The position numbers and the translations under genes were made by a program. This document shows, piece by piece, positions 17,879-26,096 of a DNA stretch of 45,843 bases. The DNA lies in NCBI GenBank assembly GCA_964581165.1, contig CAZOMM010000002.1, positions 1-45,843 on the forward strand, read 5' to 3'. Position 1 is the stretch's first letter. Each line of letters begins with the position of its first letter. The stretch comes from an uncultured Coriobacteriaceae bacterium (GTDB taxonomy: Bacteria > Actinomycetota > Coriobacteriia > Coriobacteriales > CADBOM01). Under the pieces are notes generated by a model. That model worked only from the letters and a program-made list of their open reading frames with translations, was not told the DNA's origin and made no database searches.

Positions 17879-18187
17879 AGTATCTATTAAGTACTAAACA
17901 CACTTACATAGTGAACATATCTCTCGTGCATCAGTACCCGAAGTAGCACTTACTAAATGTTAAGCACGGTTGCATTTTGCACATCCTTGAGCACGAAGCT
18001 TTGCATGTTTTCCAATTTTGTTTGTGTTCAAATTTGACTTCTCAAGTATGCGTGATACTGAGTCCATTAAGGATAACTTGCCTTGATTTGCTCTTTAACA
18101 ACAACGAACGCAATCCCGTATTTGTGCTTGAGTTGCAGTAAACAAGGTGAGCTTAGGCCTGCTATTTTTATTTAGAGGGAGGTTAAC

Positions 18188-20644
18188 GTGTACCAATTTC
18201 GAGAAATCTCGCCGCGTATAGCCCACATGCGCGATCTGGTGCGTGATAGATGCATCAGAGTCGATGCCGAGCGCGGCAAGATAGTTACTGAAAGTTGGAA
18301 GAAGTATGGGAGCAATCCTCCGCTGATTAGAAGGGCACTGATGCTTCGCGACATTTGTGAGCAGATGACAGTGCGGGTTGAGGATTTTGAGATCATCTTT
18401 GGCAACAAGGGTGTTGAGTTTTGCGGCAATGGCGTTTATCCCGAGTGGGGCACATCTTGGTCGTGGATTACCGGAGCTGTAAAAGCAGGAGAGTGGAAGC
18501 TCGAAGACGACGGCTTTTACCACAGCCCCAAGGATGCCAAGGTTCCTACAAGGGTTTCTCCCAAAGATTATGAAGAGTTACTTGAGCTAGAGGAGTGGTG
18601 GACTCCCGATAAGTGGGCTGGAGCTATGACATCGTCATGGCAGCCTGATTACTACGAAGAGCTTAAGTCGCTGTGTGCAACTCCTTATACCGATCACAAC
18701 ATTGGAATTCTAACTTTGCCCCTGGGTCACGATATTGCTGGTTACGAAAAGATCATTCGCCAGGGATATAAGTTGATCCACGATCAGGCTGTTGCTTGGA
18801 TAGAAGAACATCGCGGCAATTTGCTTGGACACGATGTCGAACGATATCTCTTCTACAAGGCTGTTGAGATTGTTACCGAGGGTGCAATGACTTTGGTTAA
18901 GCGCTATGCAGCCAAGGTAGCAGAAAAGGCCGCCGAGTGCACAGATGCAGATCGCAAGGCTGAGCTAGAGAGAATGTCTGCCAGCCTAGAGTGGATTTCT
19001 GAAAACCCAGCCCGTGACTTCTGGGAGGCTGTGCAGGGAATTATGATGTATCAGGTCTTCATTTGTCAGGAGACCAATATTCCATCGCCTGCACTTGGAC
19101 GTTTTGATCAGTATGTCTGGCCATATCTAGAGAAGGATCTCGCTGAGGGTAAGCTCACTATGGATCAGGCCCAGGAGATAGTGGATGCCTTCTTCCTTAA
19201 GTGCAATTGCTACTATTCGGCTGCCCCTGATGCCGTAACTACTATTACGGGAGTTGGAAACACCTATCAGCACACAACAATTGGTGGTGTCGATCGAGAA
19301 ACCGGCGAGGATGCCACTAATCCTGTTACTTTTATGGTGCTCGAGACTGTTGGTCGTTTAAAGCTGCATGATCCGACTATATCGCTGCGAATCAACAAGG
19401 ACACCCCAGAGGAGCTTTGGGAGTGTGCACTTACCACCTCTAAGCTGGTTGGCGGACTACCTTTGTTCCAAAACGACGAAGTTATTATCCCCACGCTCAT
19501 GAAGCAGCGCCACTTTACTCTGCGCGATGCCCGCGATTATGGACTCATCGGATGCCAGGAAGTTGTCGGATGCGGAAACGACTGGCCGGCAGGAAATGGA
19601 ATGCATCCACCAAATGCAACAATCTATTGGTCTGTAATCTTGGACATGGCCCTGAACAATGGTCAAAATCCAATGAACAAAGCGCAGGCAAGCCTGAAAA
19701 CTGGCTATCTCTACGAGATGACCAATATCGAGCAGGTACACAATGCCTTTGAGAAGATGCTTCGCTACATCTTTAGAATGTTCATCTCAACGCAAAATTA
19801 CTCCGAGTATGTTTCTCGTTGGGAGTGCCCACAGCCTGGTTTCTCGATGTCTATCGAGGGCTGTATGGAGTCGGGATACGATGTTGTAAATGGTGGGGCC
19901 AAGTACAACGCCTTTGGTGGAACTGCTACTGGTCTAGCCACTGTTGCAGACTCCTTTACTACTATCAAATACATGTGCTTTGACAACAACTTCTGCACAA
20001 CCCGCGAACTCTACGATGCCTTTATGGCTAATTGGGAGGGCTATGAGGAGCTTCGTGCTCGCATTCTTAACGAGGTGCCTCACTATGGCAATGCCGATCC
20101 TTATGCAGATGTTGAGCTTAAGTGGTGTGTGGATCTGTGGGTGCAGCTATGCTCCGAGGTCTATGGCATGAGAACCGATGTGTACACCGCTGGTATGTAT
20201 GGTGCTGCCGATCATGTGGCGCAAGGTTATGAGACATGGGCTACTCCGGATGGTCGCCTTGCTGGAACTCCCATCGCCGATGCGATGAGTCCGGCACAGG
20301 CTCGTGACAAGAATGGTCCTACGGCTATCTTCCAGTCGACTTGCTGCTTTGATCACCATCGATTCTTGGGCGGAATGGCGCTCAACATCAGGATGCATCC
20401 CACGGTGTTTTCCAATGATAGCGGTGTTCAGAAGTTGGCAGATATGACTCAGGCTTACTTCGAGAACGGAGGAATGGAAGTTCAGTACAACGTAGTCGAT
20501 ACCGACACTCTGCGCGATGCACAAGAAAATCCAGAGAAGTATCACAATCTAGTGGTTCGCATTGCCGGTTACTCGGCCTACTTTGTAGAGCTGGATCGTG
20601 ATCTGCAAAACGACATCATTGCTCGCAACGAGAACATAATCTAG
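18188..20644 (+). CDS. glycyl radical enzyme, PFL2/dehydratase-lyase-like, substrate unknown (paralog 1)
   Basis: 818 aa. C-terminal glycine radical motif VVRIAGYSAYFVEL (Gly794, nt 20567-20569). Thiyl loop LIGCQE (Cys456 at 19553-19555, Glu458). GTG start with AGAGGGAGG upstream. Confidence 0.9.
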   Translation: MYQFREISPRIAHMRDLVRDRCIRVDAERGKIVTESWKKYGSNPPLIRRALMLRDICEQMTVRVEDFEIIFGNKGVEFCGNGVYPEWGTSWSWITGAVKAGEWKLEDDGFYHSPKDAKVPTRVSPKDYEELLELEEWWTPDKWAGAMTSSWQPDYYEELKSLCATPYTDHNIGILTLPLGHDIAGYEKIIRQGYKLIHDQAVAWIEEHRGNLLGHDVERYLFYKAVEIVTEGAMTLVKRYAAKVAEKAAECTDADRKAELERMSASLEWISENPARDFWEAVQGIMMYQVFICQETNIPSPALGRFDQYVWPYLEKDLAEGKLTMDQAQEIVDAFFLKCNCYYSAAPDAVTTITGVGNTYQHTTIGGVDRETGEDATNPVTFMVLETVGRLKLHDPTISLRINKDTPEELWECALTTSKLVGGLPLFQNDEVIIPTLMKQRHFTLRDARDYGLIGCQEVVGCGNDWPAGNGMHPPNATIYWSVILDMALNNGQNPMNKAQASLKTGYLYEMTNIEQVHNAFEKMLRYIFRMFISTQNYSEYVSRWECPQPGFSMSIEGCMESGYDVVNGGAKYNAFGGTATGLATVADSFTTIKYMCFDNNFCTTRELYDAFMANWEGYEELRARILNEVPHYGNADPYADVELKWCVDLWVQLCSEVYGMRTDVYTAGMYGAADHVAQGYETWATPDGRLAGTPIADAMSPAQARDKNGPTAIFQSTCCFDHHRFLGGMALNIRMHPTVFSNDSGVQKLADMTQAYFENGGMEVQYNVVDTDTLRDAQENPEKYHNLVVRIAGYSAYFVELDRDLQNDIIARNENII

Positions 20645-20815
20645 CTGCGAGTTTTGGATGCGAGCGTTTGGGTAGGAGTACTAGGCGCGAGTGTCTAGGT
20701 GGTTTTAGTTGGCGGTTCTGCTTGTTAGTTGGCGGTTCTGTTTGGTAATTGCTAACTAGTTAGAACTGATAGGCGGTTCTGCTTGCTGGTAGTTACTTAG
20801 AGTTGGTAGTTAGTA
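20645..20815 (+). repeat. degenerate local tandem duplications downstream of GRE1
   Basis: tagttggcggttctgcttgt / tagttggcggttctgtttgg / ataggcggttctgcttgctgg, and gcgagttttgg / gcgagcgtttgg / gcgagtgtctagg. Confidence 0.6.
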
Positions 20816-20889
20816 ATTTCTCAAGGCAAATAAGATATGGGAGCTGTTTGTCAATCAATTAAACATGCAGCGATCCGTAAAGAAGAAGG

Positions 20890-20919
20890 CTGGGTCGTAT
20901 CCATTGAGATACGGCCCAG
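20890..20919 (+). terminator. possible terminator hairpin between the two GRE genes
   Basis: CTGGGTCGTAT / ATACGGCCCAG is an 11-bp stem with one G-U pair and an 8-nt loop. The tail (TCTTTAG) is only weakly T-rich. Confidence 0.35.
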
Positions 20920-21187
20920 TCTTTAGTATGGGCTTGGTCTTTGGTCTTTAACATGGTTTCGATCTTTTATCATGTGCAATTTAGACAATCTAAAGTGCAT
21001 CAAAGTGCCAATACGTAAAACTTAATCTTGAGTGCTTTTTAAATTTCATAAGTTTGAATGCTTGTCTGCTCATAAGAACTACAATTGCCGGGTATCTCGA
21101 AATATCTTTTTCGAAACCAAGTACAGCCTTTGTTAAGGACTATGAGTCAGGTTTAACTCGTTTTAAAACTGCAAGGAAGGGAAGACT

Positions 21188-23635
21188 ATGTACGAGATGT
21201 TGCCGGTTTCTGATCGCATGTGGCAAATGCGCGAGGCTGTTAGAGATCGTGTAATTAATTTTGACTCCGAAGTAGCTGTCATTGCCACAGAAGCCGATAA
21301 AGAATGCGGGCCGATGCTGCCATTTCTTAAGCATGCAAAGCTCATGAAGGCAATTCTTTCTAAGAAGAGCTGTCGCGTTGAGGACTTTGAGATGCTTGTT
21401 TGCAACAAGGCCCGTGATTTTTGCGGTAACTCCGAGAATCCTTTTTGGGGTGCCGGATTTAGCGTAATGGCTGGAGTGCAGTCTGGTCGCTGGACTCTGC
21501 GTGACGATGGCTACTATCACAACCCCGATGATGCTGAGTGCCATATGTCTTGCAAGAAGGAAGACTACGAGATCTTTTTAGAGCTTGCTGACTATTGGAA
21601 GGACAAGACCCCCAACGCAGTCATTATGCAGTCGATTCCCGAGGGGTACAAAGAGATCTGTCGCGTTGGTGGCTCGCCTTGCGGAGATGCAATGCCTACC
21701 ATCATGATGCCGGCAGGACACCTGACTCCCGGATACCAGAATCTTGTGAGGCTGGGTTATGGCAGCATTCGCAAGCAGGCACAGGATTGGCTCGATGCTC
21801 ACTACAACGATCTGATGGGCGAGGACACTGATAAGTGGATGTTCTACACCGCTATGATCGACTATATCGATGGCATGATTGCTCTTACCAATAATTATGC
21901 CGATGCTGTTGAGGCAAAGATTGCAGAGACCACTGATGAGGCTCGCAAACAAGAGCTCATTGAGATGGCAGATGGTCTGCGCTGGATTGCCACTCGTCCT
22001 CCACGTAATTTCCGTGAGGCTTGCCAGATGCAACTCATCTACATGCAAAGCATCTTCCACGAGGGCATTGGTGATATCGGTTCTTCGGGTCGTTTCGATC
22101 AAAACATGTGGCCATTCCTTAAAAGCGACCTTGAGACCGGTGCTTTGACAATGGAGCAGGCGCAGGAGATAGTTGACTGCTTCTTCCTAAAAATCAATGG
22201 CTTCTATGGCGGTGGCGAGGGTGCACTGGCTCAGATTGTAGGAATTGGTAATACCTATCTACACACCACTGTTGGTGGCGTTGATCCTGATACTGGCGAG
22301 GATGCCACCAATCCTTTGACCTACATGGTTTTAGCTGCTGTTGGTCGTATGAAGCTACATGATCCTACAATCTCTTTGCGTGTTAACAAGGACACCCCAG
22401 ATGACCTTTGGGATCTTGCAATTCGCGTAAACAAGATGGTAGGCGGGCTTCCTCTGTTCCAAAACGATGATGTAATCATTCCTGGAATTATGCGTGAGCT
22501 TGGATTTAGTCTTCGTGATGCTCGCGATTATGCGATCATCGGTTGCCAGGAGATCACAGGCCAAGGAACCGACTATGCATGCTGCAATGGAGTAATTCCT
22601 CCAAACACCAATTTGCATTATTCGGCATTGCTAACCATGGCTCTTAATGATGGTACTAATCCCACCACAAAAGAGCAGTCGTCGGTGCACACCGGATTTT
22701 TGTATGAGATGGAAAACATCGATCAGGTAAAGGATGCTTGGTACAAGATCGCAGAGTATACGCTGCGAGCTGTTATGTCGATGAACAATCTCTGTGAGCA
22801 CATCATCCAGCATTACACCCCGTATCTGTCGCTGTCTGCATTTATGGATAGCTGCATGGAGCGCGGAATGGACTGCACTTGGGGTGGCTGCAAGTACAAC
22901 GAGTATGGTGGAACTGCAACTGGTCTTGCCACCGTTGCCGACTCCTTGTCTGCCATTAAATATATGTGCTTTGACAATGATTACTGCACAACCCGTGAGC
23001 TATACGATGCTGTTATGGCTAATTGGGAGGGTTACGAGGAGCTTCAGGCCAAGATTATCAAGGAAGCTCCGCACTTTGGAAATGGCGATGCCGATGCCGA
23101 TGCAATGATGGATTGGGTCACCAATGCCTACTATGAGATGTCAAACCGTATCTACTCCAAGCGTGCTAAGAAGTTCCGCTCTGGTCTTTACGGCGCATCC
23201 GACCATGTAGCACAGGGTTATGTGACCTGGGCAACTCCTGATGGACGTGTTTTGGGCGAGCCCATCGCAGACGGTGCATCCCCTGTACAGGGTCGCGACT
23301 CTAATGGGCCAACTGCCGTCTTGTCTTCGGCCAATTGCTATGATCACACCAAGTTTATGGATGGAATGGCACTAAACATTCGCATTCATCCGTCTGCCCT
23401 TTCTCGCCAAGATGGAATTGATAAGCTACGCGATATGACAAAGGCTTATCTGGACGATGGTGGTATGGAAGTTCAGTACAACGTGGTGTCTACTGAGGAT
23501 ATGAAGGCAGCGCAGGAAGATCCTCAGAAGTACCGCGACATGGTAGTTCGTATTGCTGGTTACTCGGCCTACTTTGTTGAGCTTTCTACAGATCAGCAAA
23601 ACGACCTTATTTCTCGTACTGAGAATGGTCTGTAG
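21188..23635 (+). CDS. glycyl radical enzyme, PFL2/dehydratase-lyase-like, substrate unknown (paralog 2)
   Basis: 815 aa. VVRIAGYSAYFVEL (Gly791, nt 23558-23560). IIGCQE (Cys453 at 22544-22546, Glu455). Collinear with paralog 1 at roughly 55-65% identity by eye. Confidence 0.9.
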   Translation: MYEMLPVSDRMWQMREAVRDRVINFDSEVAVIATEADKECGPMLPFLKHAKLMKAILSKKSCRVEDFEMLVCNKARDFCGNSENPFWGAGFSVMAGVQSGRWTLRDDGYYHNPDDAECHMSCKKEDYEIFLELADYWKDKTPNAVIMQSIPEGYKEICRVGGSPCGDAMPTIMMPAGHLTPGYQNLVRLGYGSIRKQAQDWLDAHYNDLMGEDTDKWMFYTAMIDYIDGMIALTNNYADAVEAKIAETTDEARKQELIEMADGLRWIATRPPRNFREACQMQLIYMQSIFHEGIGDIGSSGRFDQNMWPFLKSDLETGALTMEQAQEIVDCFFLKINGFYGGGEGALAQIVGIGNTYLHTTVGGVDPDTGEDATNPLTYMVLAAVGRMKLHDPTISLRVNKDTPDDLWDLAIRVNKMVGGLPLFQNDDVIIPGIMRELGFSLRDARDYAIIGCQEITGQGTDYACCNGVIPPNTNLHYSALLTMALNDGTNPTTKEQSSVHTGFLYEMENIDQVKDAWYKIAEYTLRAVMSMNNLCEHIIQHYTPYLSLSAFMDSCMERGMDCTWGGCKYNEYGGTATGLATVADSLSAIKYMCFDNDYCTTRELYDAVMANWEGYEELQAKIIKEAPHFGNGDADADAMMDWVTNAYYEMSNRIYSKRAKKFRSGLYGASDHVAQGYVTWATPDGRVLGEPIADGASPVQGRDSNGPTAVLSSANCYDHTKFMDGMALNIRIHPSALSRQDGIDKLRDMTKAYLDDGGMEVQYNVVSTEDMKAAQEDPQKYRDMVVRIAGYSAYFVELSTDQQNDLISRTENGL

Positions 23636-23751
23636 GTTTTGGGTGATTCTGGACAAACAGACCATGGTTGTCTAAGTGAGAATGGTTGCAGGTTTGGATA
23701 AGTTCTAGAGACAACTAGATATCAACAAGCCATTTAAGCAAAAAATTAACA

Positions 23752-23785
23752 GGGGAGAGATCGCAGGGTCTCTCCCCATTCTTTA
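23752..23785 (+). terminator. rho-independent terminator after GRE2
   Basis: GGGGAGAGATC-GCAG-GGTCTCTCCCC (11-bp stem with one G-U pair) followed by ATTCTTTATGTTTT. Confidence 0.7.
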
Positions 23786-24155
23786 TGTTTTCTCACAGGG
23801 TTTTTTCACAGGCCTTAGCTGCCGTGGGGCAAGTGAATGAGTGCTTGATCTTGTGGGGGCATGCGCTAGCAAACTTTATTTTTTCTTGCTAACTCTTTTA
23901 AGTCTTTCATTTGGTTTAAAAGCTCTAGAGGTCTTGGCAAACTACAGAGGTATTTGTAATGCTACTTTATAAATTTGTTTACTCAATATTGTTTAACGAA
24001 GAAAGAAAATGCTAGATTGATAGCTGAGAAATCTGAAAAGCGCCAAGGCTAGCGCTGCAAAAGTACCAAAGCTAGCTTTGTAAAAATTGAATACTGCTTG
24101 CATTTTGTTTACAAAAAACTGAATAACAGTCTGACAAATAATATAGAAAGCATTG

Positions 24156-25697
24156 ATGGAAACAAAAGAATCTATAACTGGTGGATTACTTAATTTTAGA
24201 CATTTCGACATTTCTAATTTTGGAATGGGAATGTCTAGGACGTGGTTTATAACACTACTTTGCTGTCCCGTCTTGGTGCCTCCGTCTTTGCTTGAAAATA
24301 TGCAAGATTTTCAAATGCATAATCTGCGTTTGACAATGTTTATAGTTGCAAGTTTCGTATATTTTACGGTTCAGTTTTTTCCTAGATTAATACTGAGCAG
24401 ACAAATCAAGATTTCGATTGCAATAATAGCCGCTTTAATAATTCCACTTCCAATAATCGATTGTCTAATTCCTCAAGTAAGTGCTTTTTTGGATGCAACT
24501 CCTGCTCTCAGATACATTATTTGGGCTTTACTTGGCTTTGTTACTGCTGTTAATTCGATGCTCAGCTACGACTTTAATGTGGATTTTTTGCAAGAAAAAC
24601 GAGAAGCTGGAGCCATTTTAAGTTCAATATTCGCTGGCATACTATTCATACTTTTTCAGTTGCTTGATTACGAGGTTTCACTGATTTTGATTGGTCTTAC
24701 ACCTATTACTGTTATAGGGATATCTCTGTATAAGAACCTGAGCAAGTCAATTAATTCAGATGATAATAATGAGGAATTAGAAGGGCTTGATTTGGCTCTT
24801 ACTACATATGTTCACAGAACCCTGGGTAGTCGATCGAACTATTTTGTATTCAGTTCTGCCCTCTTTTTTGGCATAAGCGCTGCTATAGGATCATCTTTTG
24901 AATACATGCAATATTCAATGTTTTTTGTAGGTATACCTCATATTGCAGCTGGACTTATTCTTTACCTAATTCTTAAATTTCATTCAGTTGGAACGGGGAG
25001 AATTTCGTTGCTACTTGATCTTATGTTTACAAAGATGGGATATGCCCTGATTCTTCCCTGTGCAACAACATGTTTCTTATTTCTGTCATTTCTATCTGGC
25101 AAAGGAGCCATGATAGTTTTATCACTGATGTTTTTTGTAGCTGCTCTTTATAACATCCTAAATATCTCTTATAAGGACAAGGATGATAGTTCGACCAAAG
25201 ATTTTAAGGGCTTTGATTTTTTGTGCACAGAAGATAGAGCGTTTTACATGGCAGGCACGGCGCTTGGTTGGTTTGCCGGAACAACCGTTGTATATATAGT
25301 GAGTCCAAGTTATACGCCTATATCATATTTCTCATTTGCAGTGATATACATGATATTGTCTTTGATCTTTATCGTTCAATTTAATGAGAATGAATTAGAG
25401 AAAAAGAATCAAGCCAAAGAATCTGAGGAAGAATTATTGGATACCCCTCGCGAAAATGTTCTTTGTAAGTTCCAAGATGTGTGCGGTGATTTTTCGGGTC
25501 AATACAGTCTCTCCAAAAGAGAGAGTGAGGTTTTTGGATATTTAGCCAGAGGTCACAACAGAGAGTACATTAGCAAGAAACTTTGCGTATCATCGTCAAC
25601 AATCAGATATCACGCTTACAACATCTATAAAAAAATGGATATCAGCAATCAACAAGAGCTGATAGAAATGGTGAACGATAAGTTTTTTAAGCTGTAA
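24156..25697 (+). CDS. polytopic membrane LuxR/GerE-family transcriptional regulator
   Basis: About 10-12 predicted TM segments over about 430 aa. The C-terminus LSKRESEVFGYLARGHNREYISKKLCVSSSTIRYHAYNIYKKM is a LuxR-type HTH. The gene is AT-rich (32-37% GC in two sampled 60-nt lines). Confidence 0.8.
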   Translation: METKESITGGLLNFRHFDISNFGMGMSRTWFITLLCCPVLVPPSLLENMQDFQMHNLRLTMFIVASFVYFTVQFFPRLILSRQIKISIAIIAALIIPLPIIDCLIPQVSAFLDATPALRYIIWALLGFVTAVNSMLSYDFNVDFLQEKREAGAILSSIFAGILFILFQLLDYEVSLILIGLTPITVIGISLYKNLSKSINSDDNNEELEGLDLALTTYVHRTLGSRSNYFVFSSALFFGISAAIGSSFEYMQYSMFFVGIPHIAAGLILYLILKFHSVGTGRISLLLDLMFTKMGYALILPCATTCFLFLSFLSGKGAMIVLSLMFFVAALYNILNISYKDKDDSSTKDFKGFDFLCTEDRAFYMAGTALGWFAGTTVVYIVSPSYTPISYFSFAVIYMILSLIFIVQFNENELEKKNQAKESEEELLDTPRENVLCKFQDVCGDFSGQYSLSKRESEVFGYLARGHNREYISKKLCVSSSTIRYHAYNIYKKMDISNQQELIEMVNDKFFKL

Positions 25698-26047
25698 AAG
25701 GCCTTTCCAAAATCGTTGAGATGCATAAATACCCACTCATCATAAGGTCCTCTTCCCTTCATATTTATATGCCTTAAATATTAATAGCTTTTAATTTTCA
25801 ATATTAAAAATCGGCCCATAACGGGCATTTCCATACTTTTTTACAGTATTTGCCTTTAAGTCCAAAAACAACAATGAATCTTGTGCTGCACTGCAGTCTT
25901 TATGTATCCAACTTGAATGCAAGAGCCTGTACTGGTTTTGGCTTGTTGTACAGGAGGCTGCAGTAAGGGATGCGTGTTGACAAGGAGGGGTTAAGCATAT
26001 TCGGACAAGTTTGCAGCTAAGGGTTTGAAGTGAAAGGGGGTTCTTGA

Positions 26048-26078
26048 GATTTAAGTGTGGATTTAAGTGTGATCACAC
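26048..26078. promoter_or_regulatory. tandem 12-mer (GATTTAAGTGTG x2) overlapping a perfect 12-nt palindrome GTGTGATCACAC
   Basis: The 12-mers are at 26048-26059 and 26060-26071, and the palindrome is at 26067-26078. They lie 19-50 nt upstream of the transporter start. Confidence 0.3.
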
Positions 26079-26096
26079 GGTTTATGGTTAGGTATT

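Noticed and set aside
20837-20926. 28-codon ORF (MGAVCQSIKHAAIRKEEGWVVSIEIRPSL) in the GRE2 leader whose 3' half overlaps the 20890-20919 hairpin (leader-peptide attenuator idea)
   Set aside because: No Shine-Dalgarno sequence lies at a usable distance, there is no run of regulatory codons, and I cannot show conservation. It is mentioned only as something Ribo-seq could revisit.
21578-22102. 174-aa antisense ORF inside GRE2, plus similar ones at 20147-20545, 6711-7166, 35841-36287 and 13252-13701
   Set aside because: All are embedded in or opposite strongly supported genes. They have no SD/start context or motifs and are treated as frame noise.
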